A DNA stretch of 32,000 bases from Candidatus Micrarchaeota archaeon (GTDB taxonomy: Archaea > Micrarchaeota > Micrarchaeia > Micrarchaeales > Micrarchaeaceae). Location: NCBI GenBank assembly GCA_021797495.1, contig JAJZZO010000001.1:15533-47532 (forward strand). The letters run 5' to 3'. Shown here in pieces: positions 23,949 through 31,788 of the stretch. Position 1 is the stretch's first letter. Each line of letters opens with the position of its first letter. The translations under genes and the position numbers were made by a program. The notes below the pieces were generated by a model. It did not search any database. It was not told the DNA's origin and was given only the letters and a program-made list of their open reading frames with translations.

Positions 23949-25403
23949 ATGACACTTGAATTCATGGACAAGATAGCTCCATACATACCAACGATACGCG
24001 GTCCTAAAAAGCCGCTTTCGTTAAGGGAAAAGATGTATTGGACTGGTGGCATAATGGCCATCTATTTTGTCCTGTATAACGCTTATGCTATAGGGGTAAG
24101 CCCAACGGCAGTGACACAGCCTGTGCTTCAGCTCATAAGCATAATATTCGCCGCAAAGATAGGCAGCCTGATAACCGTCGGGATAGGTCCGATAGTGCTT
24201 TCGAGCATAATATTACAGCTGCTCAACGGCTCAGGCCTTTTGAAAATGGACATGAACGACACCACCCAGAAATCAAGGTTTCAGGCTATGCAGAAACTGG
24301 CAGCAATGTCTATAGCCATAATAGAATCTGCGGTGTTCGTAATAAGCGGCTATGTCCCTGTGATAAGCTCAGCGCAGATAGGCATAGTCATACTACAGCT
24401 TGCTATAGGCGCCCTGATAATCATATTCCTTGACGAAATAATGACAAAATACGGCATAACCTCGGGGATAAACATGTTCATAGCAGGCGGCGTATCCTTC
24501 GCCATAGTTGCCGGAACTATAAAGATACTTATACCAGAAGCGATAGCTGCGATACAGGCAGGTGGTGCGGCGGCGCTATCCAATGCGATAATGGCGTTCG
24601 GCCCTCTGTTCTTTGCAATAATAATATTCCTGATAAGCATATACGCCTACGGCATGAAGATAGAGCTCCCGCTAAGCTTCGAGCAGCTAAGGGGCGTAGG
24701 TGGCAGGCTTCCCATACCGTTCCTTTACGTCAGCGTGCTTCCCGTGATACTCGCCACGGCGCTGGAAGAGAGTTTAAGCGTGTGGTTCAAGCCATTGCTC
24801 TACAATGTAGGGGGGTCTATCGGCAACGTGGCCAAGTTCATAGGCCTTTATCAGAACATAGGCGGCACTGTAACGCTGAACGGCGGCCTGCTATACTTGA
24901 TATCTCCAAATTTCCCGCTTCCATATGCCGCACCATACGGTATAGGCAACTACGCGACATATTTCACATACATAGTTACGCACACCACGCAGCTCTTCCT
25001 TCCTTGGGGTGGTGTCGTCCTGGTTCCCGAATGGATGCACATGATAATATACGTGCTCGTTTTCGTGGTATTGTGCGTGATATTCGGCAAGTTCTGGGTA
25101 GAGATGACAGGACAGTCGCCAAAGAATATGGCGCAACAGCTCGGCGAAATGGGTTGGCAGATCCCAGGTTTTAGGCGCGATCCGAGAATAGTGGAGAATG
25201 TCCTGAACAAGTACATACCCACGATAACCGTACTCGGCAGCATATTTGTTGGGCTTTTGGCAGCGGTAGCAAACCTTACAGGAGCCATAGGCACAGGGAT
25301 AGGGATACTCCTTACTGTAGGAATAATATACATGCTTTACCAGCAGCTGGAGCAGGAAAGCCTTTTTGAGACATACCCGCTGCTGGACAAGATTACAAAA
25401 TAG
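23949..25403 (+). CDS. secY: Preprotein translocase subunit SecY
   Basis: 484 aa, about 10 TM. The N-terminus IPTIRGPKKPLSLREKMYWTGGIMAIYFVLYNAYAIGV matches the archaeal SecY/Sec61alpha pattern. C-terminal GQSPKNMAQQLGEMGWQIPGFRRDPR is also typical. Confidence 0.93.
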   Translation: MTLEFMDKIAPYIPTIRGPKKPLSLREKMYWTGGIMAIYFVLYNAYAIGVSPTAVTQPVLQLISIIFAAKIGSLITVGIGPIVLSSIILQLLNGSGLLKMDMNDTTQKSRFQAMQKLAAMSIAIIESAVFVISGYVPVISSAQIGIVILQLAIGALIIIFLDEIMTKYGITSGINMFIAGGVSFAIVAGTIKILIPEAIAAIQAGGAAALSNAIMAFGPLFFAIIIFLISIYAYGMKIELPLSFEQLRGVGGRLPIPFLYVSVLPVILATALEESLSVWFKPLLYNVGGSIGNVAKFIGLYQNIGGTVTLNGGLLYLISPNFPLPYAAPYGIGNYATYFTYIVTHTTQLFLPWGGVVLVPEWMHMIIYVLVFVVLCVIFGKFWVEMTGQSPKNMAQQLGEMGWQIPGFRRDPRIVENVLNKYIPTITVLGSIFVGLLAAVANLTGAIGTGIGILLTVGIIYMLYQQLEQESLFETYPLLDKITK

Positions 25404-25419
25404 TAAATAGCATACAAAA

Positions 25420-25457
25420 CAATAAAAAAGCAAAAAAAGCTTGCCGGAACTTCCGGC
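25420..25457 (-). terminator. Hairpin plus oligo-T terminator downstream of eL41 (minus strand)
   Basis: gccgga-act-tccggc (25443-25457) is followed on the minus strand by aagcttttttt gctttttt attgtttt (plus-strand A-runs 25420-25440). Confidence 0.55.
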
Positions 25458-25493
25458 ATAAAGGAAAAGAGATGTTGCAAAACTAGGAGAAGC

Positions 25494-25625
25494 TCAAAGC
25501 TCTCCTACCCTGCGCTTCTGTGCTCTTTTCAAGCGCTTGCGCCTTTTCTTCTTCCATTTCCAGCGCATGCGGCCTTTCTTCTTCCATTTTCTAGGGATGC
25601 TTCCCAAATTAACACCTTTGAACAT
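25494..25625 (-). CDS. rpl41e: Ribosomal protein eL41 (archaeal long form)
   Basis: Below the ORF-track cutoff. Encodes MFKGVNLGSIPRKWKKKGRMRWKWKKKRRKRLKRAQKRRVGEL. The core RMRWKWKKKRRKRLKR matches the eL41 signature (human MRAKWRKKRMRRLKRKRRK). A TATA-like ttatttaaagg lies about 45-50 nt upstream of ATG 25625. An internal ATG at 25568 would give a 24-aa form. Confidence 0.7.
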   Translation of the reverse strand: MFKGVNLGSIPRKWKKKGRMRWKWKKKRRKRLKRAQKRRVGEL

Positions 25626-26024
25626 CTCTGCGTCTAGGTTGTCGCAGCGTATAGTATTTAGCCATTAGCCTTTAAATAAGTTCTGCATTATATAATGTAA
25701 ACGGGAAAGAACATTATCCGAAACCCGCAAATTCATTAGCGGAAAAATTCCGTATATGGTGTTTTATAATATTCCGGTGTCTGAACGCACAAAGGCATAG
25801 TAGCATATATCGCGGTAATAATTATAATAATAGCCCTGTGGTACTTCACGCTAGGGCTTAGGTTTCCTACAAAGCTAACAACTTCTTCTACACTTACGAG
25901 TACCATAAAGCCCAACTCTACAGCAATAAATAATACCACTTCTACCACTTCGGTTAGCTCAACGATATATTATCTGAGCGATTGCGGGAACCTTGGGATA
26001 TTCAATTCAACAAGCAACAGCGTA

Positions 26025-26840
26025 GTGACGGACTACTGCCTGTGGCACGGCGGACTTTTGGGCGTGTGGGTTGCATCAGGAGATACAAAAAGTATAAGCT
26101 ATTCTATAAGAGGGCTCAAGAACAACATTACGTATGTAAACGGCTCTTCGACATATTCGTGCGTAACGTTTCTACAAAACGTATCGCTTCCAGCGCAAAC
26201 CTACAATGTTACGCTTAGGACAGGCCTTCCAGGCGGCAACTGCACCGACAAGTACGCATTTCTGAAGTTAAATACCACCACCACAGCTCCATCAAATGCA
26301 TTATACTCCCAGGTATACAATGGCAATTTCAGTACAGGCGAATATAACGGCTGGACGCTCAGCGGTCCAGGGTTCGGTACTGCGCCCTTAAGCATAGCCA
26401 AAGCTGACGCCGAGGGTTGCTACCAGTCGGCCCCATGGGCGGGCTATAACGGCAGCTATTTCGCCACAACATTCAACTGCGGCCTTAGCAATTCCCCTGG
26501 CAACATAACGTCGAGCCTTTTCACCGTAAACAAGCCGTTCCTCAATTTCAAGATAATAAGCCCTGAAGACGCGAGCCTCTACGTTGAGGTATTGTACAAC
26601 AACACACCTGCAGTTATAGCGCATTACAACACCTACAACATATCGCAGTTTGGCGCTACCGCTCCATACACTTTCAGGAACGCAAGCCTTCCTCTGATAT
26701 CGCTAGCGGGAAAACCGGTGCAGATAAGGGTCGTGGCTACGACGTTGAAGCACCATAGCTATATTGCAGTTACGGGATTCCATATGTCAAACACACCATC
26801 CTCAACCCCTGGCATACTGGTAAATCTCACTACCAGCTGA
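26025..26840 (+). CDS. Secreted Cys-containing glycoprotein, possible jelly-roll/LamG-like domain; N-terminal signal anchor appears out of frame
   Basis: 271-aa track ORF from GTG 26025 with many N-x-S/T sequons. YNGNFSTGEYNGWTLSGPGFG..GNITSSLFTV resembles lectin/jelly-roll N-termini. The frame stays open upstream to 25785 and encodes a TM segment (GIVAYIAVIIIIIALWYFTL) plus a Thr/Ser stalk, but with no canonical start codon. ATG 25756 is offset by one frame (see findings). Confidence 0.7.
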   Translation: MTDYCLWHGGLLGVWVASGDTKSISYSIRGLKNNITYVNGSSTYSCVTFLQNVSLPAQTYNVTLRTGLPGGNCTDKYAFLKLNTTTTAPSNALYSQVYNGNFSTGEYNGWTLSGPGFGTAPLSIAKADAEGCYQSAPWAGYNGSYFATTFNCGLSNSPGNITSSLFTVNKPFLNFKIISPEDASLYVEVLYNNTPAVIAHYNTYNISQFGATAPYTFRNASLPLISLAGKPVQIRVVATTLKHHSYIAVTGFHMSNTPSSTPGILVNLTTS

Positions 26841-27002
26841 ACCAAGGCGCCACTGTTTATTGAATGCTCTTGCAAACATTGCTGTAAATATATCTTTGGG
26901 ATTCTTCATAACCGACATAAGAAATCCAAGTTTAACGCAACAACCAAAATGCGCGGAATTTACCGCTCACAGGGTTAAATAACTTGATGCCGAATTATTA
27001 TC

Positions 27003-28100
27003 ATGCAAAGAGTAAGCATATTGCCATTGCACGGCGGCCATGCCCCAAAATGGCTTTTCCCGAGAATGGTGAAGCTGTCCAAGCTCATAAGCGACGTGAT
27101 AATAAGAGACTACGGGGAAAAGGAGCTTATATCAAGGCTCGCCAATCCCTACTGGTTCCAGGCCCTTTCCTGTGCGATAGGCTATGACTGGCACAGCAGC
27201 GGCACTACTACCGTGACAATGGGTGCGCTCAAGGAGGCATTGAACTACAACTCAAGTATATTCATAGCAGGAGGCAAGGGAAGGCAGGGCACATCCACGC
27301 CAGAGCAGATAATACAAGGGCTAGAATACCTGTCAAAGCAGTCTCGGGCTGAAGAATACATAAGGATGAGCAAGCTAGCGGCAAAGATAGACTCTGCGCT
27401 AGTTTACGACGATATAGGCATATATCACCATACCTTTGCATTTGCAAGCAACGGGGACTGGTGCGTGGTACAGCAGGCTATGCAGGGCTCGACATCAAAC
27501 GCCATAAGGTTCCAGATATACTCGAAGGAGATAAACAAAAGCGACATAACAAACGAAACCAACAACGGCGTGAGCGCAAGCAAAAGCACGGAGACGATGG
27601 ATCTAACGTTCGAAAAAAACAAGGATATCAAAAGCGCCAGCCTGAATGCGGTCAACGAGGACATAAGTGCGGTGATGAACATAGACAGGAACATTTACAA
27701 GCTGCCGCATAGGCATGCGATACTGGAAAATATCGACATGTCGAAGAGGGCTCTAGAGACGCTCAAGTATGCGAGCGAGATGAAGCCCGAAAGTTACGAA
27801 CAGCTTTTGTCCATAAAAGGCATGGGAAGAAAAACGCTGCGATCCCTGGCATTGGTGTCGTCGCTAATATACGACAAGGAAGCCTCGTACAGGGATCCGG
27901 TAATGTATTCATACAATGTGGGAGGCAAGGATGGGATACCATATCCTATAAACCTAAAGGAGTACGATGCTGTGATAAGCGCACTTTCAGAGGAGATAAA
28001 ATCATCCGAAATGGGCTCAGACGATTCGAGGAAAGCCCTGCAGAGGCTGTCGAGCGACCTAAGCCGGCAATACAGGCTCGCCGGCGCAAATGACTCATAA
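27003..28100 (+). CDS. DUF763-family protein with C-terminal helix-hairpin-helix-like motif
   Basis: ILPLHGGHAPKWLFPRMVKLSKLI..LANPYWFQALSCAIGYDWHSSGTTTVTMGALKEAL is, as I recall, the conserved DUF763 N-terminus. LLSIKGMGRKTLRSLALV is HhH-like. Confidence 0.7.
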   Translation: MQRVSILPLHGGHAPKWLFPRMVKLSKLISDVIIRDYGEKELISRLANPYWFQALSCAIGYDWHSSGTTTVTMGALKEALNYNSSIFIAGGKGRQGTSTPEQIIQGLEYLSKQSRAEEYIRMSKLAAKIDSALVYDDIGIYHHTFAFASNGDWCVVQQAMQGSTSNAIRFQIYSKEINKSDITNETNNGVSASKSTETMDLTFEKNKDIKSASLNAVNEDISAVMNIDRNIYKLPHRHAILENIDMSKRALETLKYASEMKPESYEQLLSIKGMGRKTLRSLALVSSLIYDKEASYRDPVMYSYNVGGKDGIPYPINLKEYDAVISALSEEIKSSEMGSDDSRKALQRLSSDLSRQYRLAGANDS

Positions 28101-28108
28101 CTCATGAC

Positions 28109-28621
28109 TCATGCGGCATGCTGGTCGTCGTCATTCTTTCCGAGGAACTTCTTCCCCACTTCTGCGCGCGTATCCAAAGTCTTGCTCAGCGAGTCTATCT
28201 CCTCAGGTTTCATGACATGCTCAAGTATGTATTTCGAGTACGTAACGGAGATCTGCGAAAGCTCAAGAAGCAGGCTCTGCATTTCAGCCGTGGTGAAGTG
28301 CATCTCCTTCTCCGGCCTTAGGACTTCCACACCTGCAGGAGCGTAGTTAAACGCTACCCCTATGAGTGGGAAAAAGCTGTCGAAGAGCACTGTGATCATT
28401 GCGCTTGTCGTGTATACACCGTCTTTCTCAAGCGGTTCCTCTATGCTCCCGTAGCAATAGACTACGCCTTTCTCCTTCATCAACCTTTCGTTTATCAAAT
28501 CAGCCATGAGGGGCTGCAGCTTATCCTTTTCCTTGTGCTGCATATCAAAATAGAATTTGACCAAAATCCCTCCCTTAGCCACTTTTTCATCTGTTAGCTT
28601 TTCAACGTCAGACTTTCCCAT
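28109..28621 (-). CDS. Hypothetical protein
   Basis: 170-aa ORF with balanced, non-repetitive composition, downstream of hisS on the same strand. No family recognised. The antisense ORFs 28104..28346 and 28118..28321 are considered shadows. Confidence 0.6.
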   Translation of the reverse strand: MGKSDVEKLTDEKVAKGGILVKFYFDMQHKEKDKLQPLMADLINERLMKEKGVVYCYGSIEEPLEKDGVYTTSAMITVLFDSFFPLIGVAFNYAPAGVEVLRPEKEMHFTTAEMQSLLLELSQISVTYSKYILEHVMKPEEIDSLSKTLDTRAEVGKKFLGKNDDDQHAA

Positions 28622-28663
28622 AAAATTACCTGAATAATATAATCTATCCTTAAAAACTATAAA

Positions 28664-29935
28664 TCATTTCGACATCTGCTTTATCGCTTCTTCCACGCTG
28701 AGCTCCTTTTCCTCACCGCTCTCCATGTCCCTGAGTTTTACCGTTTTGTTTTTCTGTTCGGTATCCCCTACTATTATTGAATACGGTATTTTAAGCGAAG
28801 ATGCGTACGATAGTTGGTTGGATATGTTCCTGCTAGCTTGGTTGAGGTCCACGCATATGCCGGAATCTCTTATCCGGTTAGCCACGGATAAGGCATAACT
28901 GTAATTCTGCTCCTTTATGTATGCGACAAAAGCCCTTGCGTATGTGCGCCTCTCGCTTTTCTCGAAACCAAGGACTTCGAGAACTCTGTCTATGCCTATG
29001 CTCATGCCGACTCCCGGGAGTTTGCTTTCGCTGAATCGCGATACAAGGTTGTCATACCTTCCCCCTGAGCATATGGAGGATGTGCCGCCCTTGCCGCTGT
29101 TGTCAAGTGTCTCGACAACTATCCCTGTATAATAGTCTATGCCCCTCACTATAGACGGGTCTACTTTTATCTTGCCTTTTATGCCGTACTGGCTTAAAAG
29201 CTCCATGGTGCCTGATATCTCCGCGCAAGCCTCCTGGCTTCCGACCATGTCGTTTATCGCCTTTATCCTTTCGTCGTTTGTTCCTGAAACTCCGACAAAA
29301 GCGTTTATCTGGTCTATCTCATCGCTGCCTAGCCCTATGCTTTCAAGCTCTTTGCTCACGCCATCCTTGCCTATCTTGTCGGTTTTGTCCATGGTTCTCA
29401 TTATCTTCTGCGTGTGCTTTGTAAGGCCGATTTTTTCCATGAACATGTCCACCGTGCGCCTGCTGTTGAGCCTTATTGTATAATCGAGCCCGAGCGCATC
29501 CATTGCCTTGCATACCACGGCTATCGCTTCTGCGTTTGCCTTTATCGGGTCACCGCCAAGTATGTCGACGTCAGCCTGTGCGAATTCCCTGAGCCTCATG
29601 CGCTGCGGCTCGTCCATCCTCCACACCATGCCTATCGCGTATCTCTTGAACGGCAGTGGCATGCTGTTGTGCATGCTTATGTATCTCGCGAGCCCGACAG
29701 TGTGGTCATATCGCAACCCGTTGTTCTGCTCCTTCAATTCGAAAATGAGCTTGTTCTCCTCGCCTATGACGTCCTTGGCCTTGAGCACGTCCAGGCTTTC
29801 CATGTACGGTGTGTATATTGGCAGGAAGCCGAAGCTCCTGTATACCTGTTCAATCTTCTCTATGGCCTCGTTCCTTGCTATCGCTTCGTTCGGCATCAGG
29901 TCCCTTACTCCGCGTGGGAACGGTATCTCGCTCAT
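28664..29935 (-). CDS. hisS: Histidine--tRNA ligase
   Basis: Class II motifs: RGVRDLMP, LRYDHTVGLARY, WRMDEPQRMRLREFAQADVDILG, GGRYDNLVS, GMSIGIDR. C-terminal anticodon-binding domain. Confidence 0.95.
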   Translation of the reverse strand: MSEIPFPRGVRDLMPNEAIARNEAIEKIEQVYRSFGFLPIYTPYMESLDVLKAKDVIGEENKLIFELKEQNNGLRYDHTVGLARYISMHNSMPLPFKRYAIGMVWRMDEPQRMRLREFAQADVDILGGDPIKANAEAIAVVCKAMDALGLDYTIRLNSRRTVDMFMEKIGLTKHTQKIMRTMDKTDKIGKDGVSKELESIGLGSDEIDQINAFVGVSGTNDERIKAINDMVGSQEACAEISGTMELLSQYGIKGKIKVDPSIVRGIDYYTGIVVETLDNSGKGGTSSICSGGRYDNLVSRFSESKLPGVGMSIGIDRVLEVLGFEKSERRTYARAFVAYIKEQNYSYALSVANRIRDSGICVDLNQASRNISNQLSYASSLKIPYSIIVGDTEQKNKTVKLRDMESGEEKELSVEEAIKQMSK

Positions 29936-29943
29936 GTAAACAC

Positions 29944-29965
29944 ATCAAAAGCCCATTCCTGGGCT
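29944..29965 (-). terminator. Hairpin plus T-tract downstream of thioredoxin gene
   Basis: agccca-ttcc-tgggct (29950-29965). On the minus strand the hairpin runs into TTTTG. Confidence 0.45.
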
Positions 29966-30009
29966 TGAACACAGGTATTCTGTAAGGAAAAGAATAAAAA
30001 GAAGCGCAA

Positions 30010-30330
30010 TCAGAGGTTCTTTTCTATCCATTTCTTGAGCACTTCCTTCGGCACTGCGCCAACGCTCTGGGCCTTTACCTTGCCGTTCTCTATAAGCAAA
30101 GTAGTTGGTATGCTCATTACGCCGTATTTTGCTGCTATGTTCTCGTTTTCGTCGGCGTCCACCTTAACGAACTTTACCTTGCCCTCATAGTCGTTCGATA
30201 CCTCGTCAACTATCGGGGAGTACATCCTGCATGGTCCGCACCATGTAGCCCAAACGTCCACTAAGACTGGGGTCTTGGATTTCAGTACCTCTTCTTCAAA
30301 GTCCTTTTCATTTACATCCTTAACACTCAC
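30010..30330 (-). CDS. trxA: Thioredoxin
   Basis: VLVDVWATWCGPCRMYSPIV carries the WCGPC active site. 106 aa. GTG start. Confidence 0.93.
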   Translation of the reverse strand: MSVKDVNEKDFEEEVLKSKTPVLVDVWATWCGPCRMYSPIVDEVSNDYEGKVKFVKVDADENENIAAKYGVMSIPTTLLIENGKVKAQSVGAVPKEVLKKWIEKNL

Positions 30331-30508
30331 TCTATCACCAATTTCATATATATTCTTTTTTATATGTTATTTAAATTTATCGTAAATTAGCTCATATGCC
30401 AATAAAAGAAAAGTGCATGCGCTACATCCTTTATCGCTTCGCATAAATATACTTCCGCTATAACCGCATTGCGCATATTTTTATATGTTGAATTGCTATA
30501 AATATGCA

Positions 30509-30561
30509 GTGATGACGAAAGCGCACTGAGCAATAGCTGTGATGTGGATCTTGAGTGCTGA
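30509..30561 (+). ncRNA. Candidate C/D box sRNA (2'-O-methylation guide)
   Basis: C box GTGATGA (30509-15), 10-nt spacer cgaaagcgca, D' CTGA (30526-29), 10-nt spacer, C' TGATGT (30540-45), 12-nt spacer ggatcttgagtg, D box CTGA (30558-61). This is 53 nt in total, a typical archaeal size. The TATA-like tttttatat at 30478-86 would place a TSS at about 30505-30512. Confidence 0.45.
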
Positions 30562-30573
30562 TTGTGTGGTTGT

Positions 30574-30783
30574 ATGGGGATATCCATTGCATCTGTCAAA
30601 AAACTGGTCAGGGAGAGATACGGCATAAAAATAGACGATGAGGCTGCGCAGGAGATGGCCAAAATGCTGGAAGACAAGGCTTCGGAGATAGCCAAATACG
30701 CTGTGGAGCATGCAAAATCGTGCAAAAACAGCAAGGTTACTGCTGAGGACATAGATGCTTACAAGGTAAATTCCGGTAATTGA
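30574..30783 (+). CDS. Archaeal histone (histone-fold DNA-binding protein)
   Basis: MGISIASVKKLVRERYGIKIDDEAAQEMAKMLEDKASEIAKYAVEHAKSCKNSKVTAEDIDAYK aligns with the HMf-type pattern (IAPIGRIIK..RVSDDA...L...LEE....IA..A...A.HAGRKT...EDI). ATG 30574 is preferred over the track TTG 30562. Confidence 0.85.
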   Translation: MGISIASVKKLVRERYGIKIDDEAAQEMAKMLEDKASEIAKYAVEHAKSCKNSKVTAEDIDAYKVNSGN

Positions 30784-31329
30784 ATGGTTTCTGGCAACAT
30801 ATCGGAAAGCCCCGACCACAAGGTAAAGTTGGAGTACGAAGCTGAAGACGGCACCGTTGTGGTGCTGTGGGAACCTAAGGAGGGCAAATACCTGCTCCAG
30901 ACGAGCTTTGACGGCAGTGGTGCCATACTGGACCAGAGGCTCCTAAAGCTCGAATCTCATTCACAGAACGAGGTGATAGAAGCCTTCCTGGAATCCAACG
31001 GCATAGAGCCGAAGGAGAGCGTTTACGAATCCATAGAATTCAACGGCTCATGCCCCTCGTGCAGCACGCCGGCGCTTGTCAGGTACGCGTCCATAGAGGA
31101 AAAGGCCTCGAAAATACCCATAATGCCCATATACACCTGCAAAAATTGCGGGACGAAAGCTTACCACCTTACCGACAAATATCTGAAAAAGCTCGTTGCT
31201 TCAAACAAAGGGCTCTTTGAAAACGTCGATATGCAGGAATTTGCGGCGGACGAGCAAAAGTTTATAAATGAGCTAGAAGCCTATATAATAAGGATATTTG
31301 CCTCAAAGCACATACTTAAGGTAAAATAA
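30784..31329 (+). CDS. Hypothetical zinc-ribbon protein
   Basis: ATG abuts the histone stop (tgaatg). The CPSC..(27 aa)..CKNC pair suggests a 4-Cys zinc ribbon. No family recognised. Confidence 0.65.
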   Translation: MVSGNISESPDHKVKLEYEAEDGTVVVLWEPKEGKYLLQTSFDGSGAILDQRLLKLESHSQNEVIEAFLESNGIEPKESVYESIEFNGSCPSCSTPALVRYASIEEKASKIPIMPIYTCKNCGTKAYHLTDKYLKKLVASNKGLFENVDMQEFAADEQKFINELEAYIIRIFASKHILKVK

Positions 31330-31338
31330 GGTTTTGAT

Positions 31339-31587
31339 ATGGTATTACTCTCGGATATGTATGGGAAGCAGATAATAAGCAACGATGGAAAGAGGCTCGG
31401 CAGTGTGGAAGACCTGATACTCGATTTCGAGGAGGGCAAGGTGGTGAGCATGCTTACCACTAAGATAGACAACCTCATAAAAAGCGAGCACACCTCGCAA
31501 ATGCTTAAGAAGAACAGTGTGAGCTATGACCGCGTAAAGAACGTATCAGAAACGGTAATAGTTGGCGCTTCAGAGCAGAAGCGCTGA
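31339..31587 (+). CDS. PRC-barrel domain protein
   Basis: LSDMYGKQIISNDGKRLGSVEDLILDFEEGKVVSMLT is the typical small archaeal PRC-barrel pattern (G..V....G..lG.v.D..id...g.v). Confidence 0.8.
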   Translation: MVLLSDMYGKQIISNDGKRLGSVEDLILDFEEGKVVSMLTTKIDNLIKSEHTSQMLKKNSVSYDRVKNVSETVIVGASEQKR

Positions 31588-31610
31588 AACACAATTCAAA
31601 GCCTGGAGGA

Positions 31611-31742
31611 TCAGTCTGTTGGAACTTCCCTAGGTATGCTTGGCCTTTTCTTCAAGAGCCTGCGTCCTCCGCAGTACGGGCATCTGACGAAGCCCTCTAT
31701 TTGCTCTACTTCCCTGTTGCAGTTCATGCATACATAGCTCAT
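31611..31742 (-). CDS. rpoP: DNA-directed RNA polymerase subunit P (Rpo12/RpoP)
   Basis: Below the ORF-track cutoff. Encodes MSYVCMNCNREVEQIEGFVRCPYCGGRRLLKKRPSIPREVPTD. The C-x2-C..(13)..C-x2-C-G zinc ribbon followed by a basic stretch is the RpoP/RPABC4 signature. 43 aa. Confidence 0.8.
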   Translation of the reverse strand: MSYVCMNCNREVEQIEGFVRCPYCGGRRLLKKRPSIPREVPTD

Positions 31743-31788
31743 TTTGACACCTTGAAAATAAACATGCGATAAGATTTACCAAAGCCTA

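Noticed and set aside
24350-25433. Antisense or off-frame ORFs within secY (24350..24640, 24782..25174, 24891..25433, 24950..25333)
   Set aside because: They are shadows of the SecY frame and no motifs are present.
25736-25948. Minus-strand 70-aa ORF upstream of the secreted glycoprotein
   Set aside because: It is antisense to the open plus-strand frame that encodes a plausible signal anchor and Thr/Ser stalk. Its hydrophobicity is the mirror image of that frame.
30387-30819. Minus-strand ORFs 30387..30752 and 30496..30819
   Set aside because: They are antisense to the histone gene, the candidate C/D sRNA and the promoter region. Their products are low-complexity with no signals.
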